From IMG/VR virus record IMGVR_UViG_3300032214_001563, positions 5,958 through 69,957 of that record: DNA of 64,000 bases. One strand, given 5' to 3'. Shown here in pieces: positions 27,180 through 36,376 of the stretch; the first letter of the stretch is position 1; the number at the start of each line of letters is the position of its first letter. This DNA comes from a virus. Under the pieces are notes generated by a model. It saw nothing but the letters and a program-made list of their open reading frames with translations. It had not been told where the DNA came from and did not search any database. Made by a program: the position numbers and the translations under genes.

Positions 27180-30100
27180 TTAGAGTCCGTATTTGGATTT
27201 ATCGGCATTGAAGTTTTGTAGAACTTGTAATGAGGTTAATGATGAGTTATACATTCTTATTATTCCAACAGTTCCTTTAAATGGAACTTGCAAAGCCCCT
27301 GTACCTTGAGCGACTCTACCCGCAATACCAACAGGGCTTGTATTACTTACTTGCCCCACACCAACTAAACTAGTAGTTCCGCCAGATACACCATTTCTAT
27401 AAACAGTAAGAGTCCCACCAACGAAATCAAATACCGCAACTAGTTGTCTCCAAGTATTTACAGGAAATCCTGTTACACTAACCTGAGGGAAGTTAGTTCC
27501 GTCAAAAGCAGCAACTAACATACTACTTGTTCCTTCATTAAATCTAATAGTATATGGGTACCTTGATTCGTTATTCAAATTCCATTTTTCCAACAATTCC
27601 GCCTCACCTGAGTTTGGTTGACCATTTGAAGGATTGAACCATATTTCGACAGTATATTGTTGAGTGTTTGTGAAATTTGTCACACCATTCACACTTGGTA
27701 TTCTACCATAAGAAGTACTACCGTTGAACGTAAATCCGCTAAGTACGTTATATGTGGGAGTTCCGGAGAGTGTTGCATCAGTTGACCCTATCGAAGAATC
27801 CCAAACATTTCCTGAGCCAATATAAGTTTCAGGAGAAACGTAGAATTGTAAATTATTTGTAACAATTGAAGGTGTTGTAGATGGTGTTGGGGTTATTGTA
27901 TTTGTTGGGGTTAATGTGGGAGTTTGAGTATTAGTTACACTTGGAGTTGGTGTTGCAGTATTTGTAGGGGTTGGAGTAGGTGTTACTGATGAGCCTTCAA
28001 TTACCATTACGATTGAACTTGAACTTGCACCTGAACCCCACGCCCATGTGTATGTTCCAGGTGTAAGTCCCATACTCGCAATTGTTGCTCCCGCATAGGT
28101 TGCAGTTCCACTAATAATTGTATTTGATGTATATCCTGAAGGGACAATTACAACACGATTAGTCACACCTCCAACAGTTATACCAAATGTTGAACCTAAA
28201 GATGTTGGGGTTGGGACAACAAGGTTGTTTCCAAAAGTGGTTGAGTAACCCGTTAACGATGCTCCTCCATATCGCTGACATGGCGTGGTTGGACCGACAG
28301 CCCAAATACCAGCAAGTGCAGAAAATGCTGACCCATTATTTCCACCACTAACTAAAGATAATGCCGCTAAATTGAAACTACCTGAACCACTCCATACAAC
28401 ATCAGGACCTACTTGGGAAACTGTTACATTAAAAACACCAAAACCTCCCGAGGTTGATGAGGGAGTCGGAGTGTTGGTTGGTGTTTGAGTGTTAGTTTGC
28501 GTTGGTGTGTTTGTAGGCGTTTCGGTCGGAGTTTCAGTGACAGTTGCTGTTGGTGTTGGTGTTGAAGTTTCTGAAGCGGTATTTGTTGGAGTTTGTGTTG
28601 GGGTTTCTGTGTTTGTTGGTGTTGGAGTTTCTGTCGGAGTTTCCGATGGAGTATTTGTTGGCGTTTCTGATGGAGTATTAGTCGGAGTCTCTGTAGGTGT
28701 TGGAGTTTGAGTGTCTGAAGGAGTATTGGTGGGTGTTTGCGTAGGAGTTTCTGTGGGAGTTTCTGTTGGAGTTTGAGTAGGTGTTTCTGAAGGTGTATTA
28801 GTTGGAGTTGTCGTAGGCGTATTAGTTGGTGTTGCCGTAGATGTTTCAGTTGGAGTTGGGGTTTGAGTTTCTGATGGTGTGTTTGTTGGGGTGACCGTAG
28901 GCGATGGAGTTGGTGGAATAATTACAAAACAATCAGGACAATCAGGGTCCAACAAAGAATACTTGTTCTTTAATAATCTAAAGTTGTGTTTTACCTCTGA
29001 AGCATCTAGTGGTTCCACATACATTCTAAAAGCACTGATTTCCCCAATGAAACTCCCACCAAAAATTTCTTCCAGATAAATGTTGGTTGTAAGACCTGAA
29101 TAAATTGTATTATCCAAATCTTCAGTTGTTAAACATTCGGGGTCTTGTTGGTAAGTAATTCCGGAGAGTTCTGCAGGACATGTCCCAGAGAATGTTAAGT
29201 TGTCTTTCAAACCTTGTGTGCCCCCTCCAACAGAAATGTTAAACGGAACTCCAACTTGTTTTTCTTTATAAGTGTTAAGGGGTCTTGGAATGATTTCTTC
29301 AAAGTCCTCACATACCATTAACAATCTACCATTAACAAAAATTTTCAACGTACCACGTCTGAATTCTTTTTGTTCTAACCACAAATCGGTTATTTGTACT
29401 TGTGTGGTTTTTGCTGGTGTATATCCAGAATACCCTTCCTCGTGTGTTATTGGTGGCATTACCAAACTTATGCTATTATTAGCCGAAGTTGCGGTAAAAA
29501 CCTGCTGTTCTACTTGACCTAAACCTCCAAGGAAATCTAGGTCCTTACAATCAAAGAATTCTGCTCGTTCAAAGACAGCATCAATTTGAACCCAGTGTTC
29601 TAAATCGATATATTGGGTGTATTGACAATCATCAAAAATACCTTTTGTAGAGCACCATTCAACTGTGGTAACCCCAGTTACATAACTTGTCCCCGTTAAG
29701 CAAGTACCCGATGGAACACAACTTCCAGTGATAAGATACTCCTTAACACAAACTCTTGGATTACCAGTATCACCACTGAATCTAATTGACATTGCGTTTG
29801 AAACTCCGTCATATAACGGGTCCAATTCTTTTACAGATGCTTCTGTGGAACAACTACAAGGACAACCACAAGTACAATTTGATGATGTCACACCCGATGG
29901 TTGGTATACAGGAATACAATCAGCCCCAGTTCCCCCCGTTATAGAACATCCACAAGTGTGCATACAGGTAAGTCCTGATGTTACTCGCGTGTAACCGGTG
30001 TCAGAAGATGGACTACCATCAGCGTAGTGATAAAATTTGTTTTCGGCTCTGGACCCCATAAAAAAGAAAGTCCCTTTGTTTTCTGGATATCTAGCATTAA

Positions 30101-30785
30101 GACCTACGTTTGTATCTCCGGTAAATTGATATTTGAGCATCAATTCTACAGACCAACCTTGACTTACCCTGGTGGGGAAAACCTCATAATCGTAGCCCTG
30201 CAACTTATAGAAACCTTGGAAAAATCCACCATTAAGTTTTGCGACAGTCCCAATATCACCACCAGCATCAACATAAGATAAATTGTATGCGTACGAATTA
30301 TCATTCCATAGTCTATTTGCAGGGGTTGTGTTTCCTGAAATAGGATGCATTTTGAATCTCCTATCGTAGATGTATCTGTTGAATGTCTCGGCTGTAGTGG
30401 TATACAAACCAGTGAAAGCTGTCATGGTAATGCCAGACATTTCTTTTGTTAAACCATTATCAATTCCCGTTAAACCAACATCACAGATTTCAGTTGTCTT
30501 AGGACAAAAGTTTGGGTCAATATTGGTTGGATTATAGTAATTCTCTGATACTATGGTGTCATATCTGAAATCGTTAATCAGCGGAGAAATTGTGGTTCCA
30601 GTTGAATTAAAATCAAACTTGAACGGCATTCTGTTACCATCATCTTCAGCAATCAATAATGGAGAAAAAATAACCTCTTGGTTAAAATCCCGTGCGTCAT
30701 TAGCCAAACAAAAATCCAGAATTTCGTTGACGGGTTTTAAACCAATTTTCCTATAATTGTATTGATTGATATTTTGGTATGCCAT
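27180..30785 (-). CDS. Large modular virion protein: LamG/ConA-like domains joined by mucin-like Thr/Pro linkers
   Basis: C-terminal LamG ([34 protein letters not shown]); N-terminal LamG-like region ending [11 protein letters not shown]; two PT-repeat tracts; Cys-rich segment. Confidence 0.8.
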   Translation of the reverse strand: MAYQNINQYNYRKIGLKPVNEILDFCLANDARDFNQEVIFSPLLIAEDDGNRMPFKFDFNSTGTTISPLINDFRYDTIVSENYYNPTNIDPNFCPKTTEICDVGLTGIDNGLTKEMSGITMTAFTGLYTTTAETFNRYIYDRRFKMHPISGNTTPANRLWNDNSYAYNLSYVDAGGDIGTVAKLNGGFFQGFYKLQGYDYEVFPTRVSQGWSVELMLKYQFTGDTNVGLNARYPENKGTFFFMGSRAENKFYHYADGSPSSDTGYTRVTSGLTCMHTCGCSITGGTGADCIPVYQPSGVTSSNCTCGCPCSCSTEASVKELDPLYDGVSNAMSIRFSGDTGNPRVCVKEYLITGSCVPSGTCLTGTSYVTGVTTVEWCSTKGIFDDCQYTQYIDLEHWVQIDAVFERAEFFDCKDLDFLGGLGQVEQQVFTATSANNSISLVMPPITHEEGYSGYTPAKTTQVQITDLWLEQKEFRRGTLKIFVNGRLLMVCEDFEEIIPRPLNTYKEKQVGVPFNISVGGGTQGLKDNLTFSGTCPAELSGITYQQDPECLTTEDLDNTIYSGLTTNIYLEEIFGGSFIGEISAFRMYVEPLDASEVKHNFRLLKNKYSLLDPDCPDCFVIIPPTPSPTVTPTNTPSETQTPTPTETSTATPTNTPTTTPTNTPSETPTQTPTETPTETPTQTPTNTPSDTQTPTPTETPTNTPSETPTNTPSETPTETPTPTNTETPTQTPTNTASETSTPTPTATVTETPTETPTNTPTQTNTQTPTNTPTPSSTSGGFGVFNVTVSQVGPDVVWSGSGSFNLAALSLVSGGNNGSAFSALAGIWAVGPTTPCQRYGGASLTGYSTTFGNNLVVPTPTSLGSTFGITVGGVTNRVVIVPSGYTSNTIISGTATYAGATIASMGLTPGTYTWAWGSGASSSSIVMVIEGSSVTPTPTPTNTATPTPSVTNTQTPTLTPTNTITPTPSTTPSIVTNNLQFYVSPETYIGSGNVWDSSIGSTDATLSGTPTYNVLSGFTFNGSTSYGRIPSVNGVTNFTNTQQYTVEIWFNPSNGQPNSGEAELLEKWNLNNESRYPYTIRFNEGTSSMLVAAFDGTNFPQVSVTGFPVNTWRQLVAVFDFVGGTLTVYRNGVSGGTTSLVGVGQVSNTSPVGIAGRVAQGTGALQVPFKGTVGIIRMYNSSLTSLQVLQNFNADKSKYGL
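27868..27986 (-). repeat. Thr/Pro low-complexity coding repeat (second linker)
   Basis: [40 protein letters not shown]. Confidence 0.85.
28452..28917 (-). repeat. Thr/Pro ([16 protein letters not shown]) coding repeat, about 155 aa
   Basis: Imperfect 12-nt-period repeats with varied third codon positions, encoding [24 protein letters not shown]... Confidence 0.9.
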
Positions 30786-30794
30786 AAACTAATG

Positions 30795-30822
30795 ATAAAT
30801 ACCTTTCTTTTGAGTATTTATA
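30795..30822. promoter_or_regulatory. Back-to-back divergent TATTTAT motifs
   Basis: Minus-strand TATTTAT at 30795-30801 (9 nt before ATG 30785) and plus-strand TATTTATA at 30815-30822 (11 nt before ATG 30834). Confidence 0.65.
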
Positions 30823-30833
30823 GTAAAAAAACT

Positions 30834-31634
30834 ATGCTGAAATTAAACGAGGAATATTTCGGTTCTAATTATTACTTCCTTCTTAGAGAAAAAAAGGATG
30901 GAGGTCACCTATGGTTTTCCGTTGCTAATACCATTACAGAGGCAAGAAAGTATGATGAATATGTAAAAGTGCCTAAGGACAAACTTGAAATTCTTAAAAA
31001 TTACCTCGAAAAAATTGTCAAAAGCAAAAAGAAAAAAACCACCAAAGAACTCGGTGGTGAAATCGAAGAACTAGTAAATTCTGATGGAACATTATCAAAC
31101 TCAAATGTACCCATCCTTGACCCTGCCGTGACTCCTCGTAAGACCATGGACCAAACAGTTCAAGCAACAAGACAACCAGGAAACTACTTGGCTTGGAGCT
31201 ACAGGGGAGGTAGAACTTATCATTCGGAAAGTGAAGTCAGGGAAGAAGATATGTCCTCAGCTTTTGGGTATGAAGAAACAAAAGATATGACCCCTGAAGA
31301 AACTATCAAAACATTGGAGGACATGGGTGTGGACAATCCAGTTGAAAGAGCTATAGAATTTGGTAAAGACCCAAAAATTTCTCAAGAGAAAAAGAAAAAG
31401 GGAAGCGACATGAAAATTCGTTTGCAAGAAAAAGAAAATTTGAGAAAGATTCAAAAGGAACAAATGGCAAAAATTATCGAGGATATTCTTGTAAATAAAA
31501 AAAATAAGAAAGACTTTGTTAATAAAAGCAAAAAAAAAGAAGTATTAACTAAAGGGGATATCATTGATTTGATTAAAAAAAATGGTGACCATTTAAATAA
31601 TGGAAAAGTAATTAATTCATCCAGTGAACAGTAA
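30834..31634 (+). CDS. Hypothetical Lys/Glu-rich protein (candidate internal head protein)
   Basis: ATG 30834 follows the promoter motif; several (I/L/V)xE sites (LNE, ITE, VRE, LQE, IIE). Confidence 0.65.
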   Translation: MLKLNEEYFGSNYYFLLREKKDGGHLWFSVANTITEARKYDEYVKVPKDKLEILKNYLEKIVKSKKKKTTKELGGEIEELVNSDGTLSNSNVPILDPAVTPRKTMDQTVQATRQPGNYLAWSYRGGRTYHSESEVREEDMSSAFGYEETKDMTPEETIKTLEDMGVDNPVERAIEFGKDPKISQEKKKKGSDMKIRLQEKENLRKIQKEQMAKIIEDILVNKKNKKDFVNKSKKKEVLTKGDIIDLIKKNGDHLNNGKVINSSSEQ

Positions 31635-32112
31635 GCTATATGATACTACAATCGGTGAGGTGTTAATTCCAAAAGAAATTAAACAACACCTTATCAATTC
31701 TTTTGCCCAAGCGCAAGGTGCTAACCAAAACACCGAGGGTTTTAGAAGGAACCAAGAAATGCAGTCCCAAGAAAAAATTACCTATAAGCAACTTAAAAGA
31801 ATCAAAAACTTTTTTGATAATTTCAAAGGGAAACCAACAGAACTTCCTTTTATATTGAATGGTGGCGTTCTTATGAGAAACTGGGTTCACAATACCTTAA
31901 CTAACATGAGGAATAACACTCAAGTTAATCAACAAGACACAAAACCAGAAGACCCCACAGTCAAGTCAAACGACTTGAAAACAAATGTAAAAAATTTAGC
32001 CAGACCTTCCCAAGAACACAAAAGAACCTCTCAAAGACACGCAACAGCAACATACGAGCAAACAGTCGTTGAGAGTTTAAGAAGGATAAACGAACTAATA
32101 TCAAAAATTTAA
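31624..32112 (+). CDS. Hypothetical protein (candidate head protein)
   Basis: ITYKQLKRIKNFF...NGG...W core; C-terminal VVESLRRINELISKI. Confidence 0.6.
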   Translation: MNSKLYDTTIGEVLIPKEIKQHLINSFAQAQGANQNTEGFRRNQEMQSQEKITYKQLKRIKNFFDNFKGKPTELPFILNGGVLMRNWVHNTLTNMRNNTQVNQQDTKPEDPTVKSNDLKTNVKNLARPSQEHKRTSQRHATATYEQTVVESLRRINELISKI

Positions 32113-32113
32113 A

Positions 32114-32419
32114 ATGGCAAACAATCCAAAAGTTTACGAACCTTTAGATTTGGCTCAAAGTGAGCAAAACAATCTAACCGCAATAGCCGACGTTGAAAGA
32201 AAGAAATTAATTACACGAAATGACTTCCAACAAGGTGCTGATGAATATGGCGTGACGAATCCTCAAGCATTGGCAGATGGGGATGATATGGGTAGAGGTA
32301 CTGGGGTTTATCTTGACGTTTACAACGACACCGCTGGTACTAATTTGGATATCGCAGAAAGAAAGGATGATATCAAAATTAACAAATACAATAGATTTAA
32401 AACTTATCCCAACTTCTAA
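32114..32419 (+). CDS. Hypothetical protein
   Basis: 101-aa ORF tightly coupled within the operon. Confidence 0.65.
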   Translation: MANNPKVYEPLDLAQSEQNNLTAIADVERKKLITRNDFQQGADEYGVTNPQALADGDDMGRGTGVYLDVYNDTAGTNLDIAERKDDIKINKYNRFKTYPNF

Positions 32420-32799
32420 TGAAACTGACTTCCGTCTTCAAATCTTTAATTCTTGAAATCGCTTCTGTTGATTCGGTTCGCAAGTCTATTGAAGATAAAC
32501 AAGAAATTATCATGTATTATGATGGTGATGAACCCGGAGGTAAGGGTCTCAGGTTAATTGAACCTGTTGCATTAGGAAGAAGTAAAAAGGGAAATTTGGT
32601 CGTACGTGCCTGGGACTCCGAAGGTGCATCACACCGAGGTTATTTAGGCACCAGACCTATGCCAGGATGGAGATTATTCAAACTAGACAAAATTGTGTCT
32701 TATAAGCCATCAGGAAAAAACTTTGACACACCGAGACCAAATTTTAATCCAAATGGTGACAAAGACATGACAAGCATTATTATTATAGCAAAATTCTAG
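32419..32799 (+). CDS. Stand-alone WYL-domain protein
   Basis: IMYYDG...RLIEPVALG...VRAW...WRLFKLDKI fits the WYL pattern. Confidence 0.75.
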   Translation: MKLTSVFKSLILEIASVDSVRKSIEDKQEIIMYYDGDEPGGKGLRLIEPVALGRSKKGNLVVRAWDSEGASHRGYLGTRPMPGWRLFKLDKIVSYKPSGKNFDTPRPNFNPNGDKDMTSIIIIAKF

Positions 32800-32802
32800 A
32801 AT

Positions 32803-33384
32803 ATGGACTTAGAAAAAATTATGAAATCAAGAGCCATCATGGACAGAGTAAGCCAAATGGACGGTGGTGAAAAACCTAAATCTAAAATGGCTCCTGTAAT
32901 GGAAAACTTTGATGCACCAAGTGTAAAGTATAACATTCCACAAGAAATGTTGGCAGAAGCGCCGCGTTCACCACAAATGCAACAAATGGCAGTTCCTACA
33001 AGTCCATTTTTGAACAAGCCATTCCCAGTAGCATCATCAGATGCTATTAAAAATTCAAAATTGCCTGATGCAATTAAAAAACTGATGATGGAACACCCTA
33101 TTGAACAACCAACTTCAATGGGTGGTTCAGTAACTCTTTCTGACGATTTGGTAGAAAGAGCATCAAGATTAATGGGTCAAAACAAAAAACAAGTTGTAGA
33201 ACAAGCAGTTCCGCAATACAACTCAGATAATTTGAGAGATATTTTAAAAGAAGTTGTTCGTGAAGTTCTTACTGAAAATGGTTTGATTATGGAAAATGCT
33301 GAAAAATCAAACGAAAGCTTTAAGTTCCAAGTCGGAAAGCATTTATTTGAGGGGAAACTTACGAAGGTCAAAAAGATGCCGTAG
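32803..33384 (+). CDS. Hypothetical protein (candidate head protein)
   Basis: IKNSKLPDAIKKLMMEHPI; LRDILKEVVREVLTE motif. Confidence 0.65.
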   Translation: MDLEKIMKSRAIMDRVSQMDGGEKPKSKMAPVMENFDAPSVKYNIPQEMLAEAPRSPQMQQMAVPTSPFLNKPFPVASSDAIKNSKLPDAIKKLMMEHPIEQPTSMGGSVTLSDDLVERASRLMGQNKKQVVEQAVPQYNSDNLRDILKEVVREVLTENGLIMENAEKSNESFKFQVGKHLFEGKLTKVKKMP

Positions 33385-33438
33385 CACTTTTCATTTGCTT
33401 GTTAAGTTCTTATATTTTATAGAACAAAAAAAAGGCAA

Positions 33439-34653
33439 ATGTCAAAAATTAACGTACTTGTAGTCCCATCAGATAGATTTGGTGTTGGGAAATTCCGTTC
33501 TATTGAACCTCACATATTTTTACAAAACAAATTTCCAGAAGATTTTCATGTTGAAATCGATTTGAATCCTCCAATGGATGATTTGAATTTCTATAAACAA
33601 TTCCAAATTGTTGTTTACCACCGAAGTATAACTAATGATTTTGATAAGTCATACGAATTAGTGGAGAAGTTAAAAGCTGAAGGTATAGTAACTATTTGTG
33701 ACATGGATGATTATTGGAATCCAACCAAAGACCACCCAATTCACGATATTATTATGTTTAATAAAATTAATGAAAAAATCGTTAATAGCATTAAACAATC
33801 TGACTATGTCACAACCACAACACCCCTTTTTGCGGATGAAATAAGAAAATACAACAAGAATGTTTTTGTATTACCTAATGCTATCAATCCTGACGAACCA
33901 CAGTTCAAAGAACCCACACCCCCATCAGAGAAACTTCGTATTGGTTGGCTTGGTGGTTCGTCCCACTTAGCGGATTTGCAGCTTTTAGATAATTCTTTTG
34001 CAAAACTGAGTACAAACCATAAAGATTTACAATTTGTGGTGTGTGGGTTTGATACAAGAGGTACAATTACGGAAATCAACGGACAAACCGGTGAACACAA
34101 AAAAAGACCTATTAAACCTGAAGAAACTGTTTGGGCAAGGTACGAAGAAATTTTTACACAAAATTATAAGTATGTAAGTCCGGAGTACGAAAAAGTTCTA
34201 AAAAAATACGCTCAGGAAGAATACCCTGACTTTATGAATGAGTCCTACCGAAGAGTTTGGACGCTACCTGTTACATCATACGCTAGGAATTACGCAAAAT
34301 TTGATGTATCTTTGGCACCAATTAAGAACCACATGTTCAACAAGATGAAATCACAACTGAAAGTAATTGAGGCAGGCTTTTATAAAAAAGCATTGATTGC
34401 TAGCGATTTAGGGCCTTACACAATTGATTTGAAACATTGCTTAAAAAATGGTGAGTATACTGATGGTAACGCTCTTTTAGTTCAGGAATCTCGAAACCAT
34501 GGTGATTGGGCAAAATACATTCTCAAATTATTAAAGAACCCAAATCTTGTAACAGACATGGGTGAAAGGCTTTATGAGACTGTTAGTAAAAAGTATGATT
34601 TGAACATTGTAACTGTTGACCGTGCTGAGTTCTACAAAAGTTTAATTAAATAA
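33439..34653 (+). CDS. GT-B (GT4-like) glycosyltransferase
   Basis: DMDDYW, VLPNAI, RIGWLGGSSH, DVSLAPI...FNKMKSQLKVIEAG. Confidence 0.8.
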   Translation: MSKINVLVVPSDRFGVGKFRSIEPHIFLQNKFPEDFHVEIDLNPPMDDLNFYKQFQIVVYHRSITNDFDKSYELVEKLKAEGIVTICDMDDYWNPTKDHPIHDIIMFNKINEKIVNSIKQSDYVTTTTPLFADEIRKYNKNVFVLPNAINPDEPQFKEPTPPSEKLRIGWLGGSSHLADLQLLDNSFAKLSTNHKDLQFVVCGFDTRGTITEINGQTGEHKKRPIKPEETVWARYEEIFTQNYKYVSPEYEKVLKKYAQEEYPDFMNESYRRVWTLPVTSYARNYAKFDVSLAPIKNHMFNKMKSQLKVIEAGFYKKALIASDLGPYTIDLKHCLKNGEYTDGNALLVQESRNHGDWAKYILKLLKNPNLVTDMGERLYETVSKKYDLNIVTVDRAEFYKSLIK

Positions 34654-34663
34654 CCCAAATAAA

Positions 34664-35374
34664 ATGATTACAGTACCAACTCAAAAAATCTTGTTTCTTG
34701 ACATAGAAACTGTAGGTCTTGAAAAGAACTATGATGATTTGGTTAAAAACCATCCTAGAATTGCTGACCAGTTTGACAAATATTTTGATTGGTTTTTGAA
34801 ACGTTTTCCTGAAGATAAGGAAATTACTGAAGACCAGAAGAACATTGTTTTTGCAACTCGGGCAGCTTTGGTTCCTGAGTTTGCAAAAATTGTGTGCGTC
34901 AGTGTTGCATTCGTCACAGAAAATGGACAAATCAAACGTCAAACATTTGCCGATGATGATGAACATAAACTTCTTCGTGAAGTACAAGTTCTATTGGATA
35001 GAACAGGTAAGTTAGACTTTTGGTTGTGTGGTCACAACTTGAAGAATTTTGATATCCCTATGATGGCAAAACGTATGCTAATTCAAAGTATTTTACCACC
35101 TTCAATTCTTCCTGCGTTCAACACAAAGCCATGGGAGATTAGAGCAATCGATACTAAAGAAGTATGGCAGTTCGGAGCTTACACTGCAATAGGCTCACTT
35201 GACTTATTGTGTGCCTCAATGGATGTCCCATCACCAAAAGAGGGTGAAGTTGTAGGTTCAAAAGTTCACGACGCATATTGGAATAAAGGCATGCTCAAAG
35301 AAATTGCAGAATATTGTGAACGAGATGTACAGGTCTTAGTGGATGTGATACTAAAATTAAAATCTTTGAAATAA
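34664..35374 (+). CDS. PolB-type 3'-5' exonuclease (DEDD)
   Basis: FLDIET, GHNLKNFDIP, YCERDV. Confidence 0.85.
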   Translation: MITVPTQKILFLDIETVGLEKNYDDLVKNHPRIADQFDKYFDWFLKRFPEDKEITEDQKNIVFATRAALVPEFAKIVCVSVAFVTENGQIKRQTFADDDEHKLLREVQVLLDRTGKLDFWLCGHNLKNFDIPMMAKRMLIQSILPPSILPAFNTKPWEIRAIDTKEVWQFGAYTAIGSLDLLCASMDVPSPKEGEVVGSKVHDAYWNKGMLKEIAEYCERDVQVLVDVILKLKSLK

Positions 35375-35985
35375 TGGCAGAATTTGAAAACGATGATTTG
35401 CTTGACGCGGAACTACATAAACTTCTTCAACAAATCGAAAATCTAACTTTTGACCCAGATGGTTTGACTGAAAATGATTTAGAAACGGAAGAAATGGATA
35501 AAGAGTTATCTGAACTCGACAACTTTATGAATCAGGAATTAATCAAAGTTGAAGTGTCATATAAAAAGTTACATCCGGATGCTGTGATACCTCAGTACGC
35601 TTATGGATTAGATTCTGGATTCGATTTGTTTTCAGTCGAGGAAATTGGCTTACTGCCTTTCGAACGTAAGTTGATTCCTACTGGCCTGTCTTTTGATATT
35701 CCAGATGGTTGTGAAATACAAGTTAGGACTAAGAGTGGATTAGCTATAAACCAAGGTCTTATGGTACTAAATAGCCCTGGAACAGTTGACAAGGGTTATA
35801 CCGGAGAAATTAAAGTAATTTTAATGAATGTGAATAACTTTGCTGTTACGGTCCAAAAAGGGCAAAAGGTCGGTCAAGCAGTTCTGTGTCCAGTATTCAA
35901 CGGCAACAAAGTAAAATTTGCTGAAAAGAGTGAATTAGGTTCTTCAGACCGTGGAAATAAAGGGTTTGGTTCAACAGGTATTTGA
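35374..35985 (+). CDS. dut: Trimeric dUTPase with acidic N-terminal extension
   Basis: SGFDL, RTKSGLA, GTVDKGYTGEI, GQAV, RGNKGFGSTG. Confidence 0.92.
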   Translation: MAEFENDDLLDAELHKLLQQIENLTFDPDGLTENDLETEEMDKELSELDNFMNQELIKVEVSYKKLHPDAVIPQYAYGLDSGFDLFSVEEIGLLPFERKLIPTGLSFDIPDGCEIQVRTKSGLAINQGLMVLNSPGTVDKGYTGEIKVILMNVNNFAVTVQKGQKVGQAVLCPVFNGNKVKFAEKSELGSSDRGNKGFGSTGI

Positions 35986-35986
35986 T

Positions 35987-36376
35987 ATGAGTAAAAATGT
36001 AAGTCCAGTATTGCCAGATGGGACAAAAAATTATTTGATTGATATTGATGGTACTATAACAGATGATGTTCCAAACGAAGAACCGGAAAGAATGAAAACT
36101 TGCCTACCTTTTGAAGGTTCAGTTGAAATTATTAATACATGGTTCGAAGAAGGGCACATTATTACTTTCTTTACTTCCCGAACTGAAGAACATCGTGATA
36201 TTACTGAAACTTGGTTCAGAACTCATGGTTTTAAATACCACAATTTATTGATGAATAAACCACGTGGTGGAAACTACCATTGGATAGACAATCATATCGT
36301 GAGAGCCACACGTTACAACGGGAAGTGGTCACCAATGATAAAAAAAATAACTACAATTGAAGTATTTGAAGAATGA
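35987..36376 (+). CDS. Small HAD phosphatase (capsule-biosynthesis type)
   Basis: IDIDGTI, FTSR, LMNKP, WIDN; ATG 35987. Confidence 0.75.
   Translation: MSKNVSPVLPDGTKNYLIDIDGTITDDVPNEEPERMKTCLPFEGSVEIINTWFEEGHIITFFTSRTEEHRDITETWFRTHGFKYHNLLMNKPRGGNYHWIDNHIVRATRYNGKWSPMIKKITTIEVFEE

Noticed and set aside
28285-29079. Plus-strand Val/Gly-repeat ORFs (also 26224-26451) and a CRISPR-like periodic look
   Set aside because: These are antisense shadows of Thr/Pro codons; there is no constant repeat with unique spacers and no cas gene.
30762-30833. Upstream TTG/GTG starts from the ORF track (also 9927, 12130, 17275, 35951, 60389, 61831, 61965)
   Set aside because: They overlap neighbouring genes or promoter motifs; downstream ATGs fit better.
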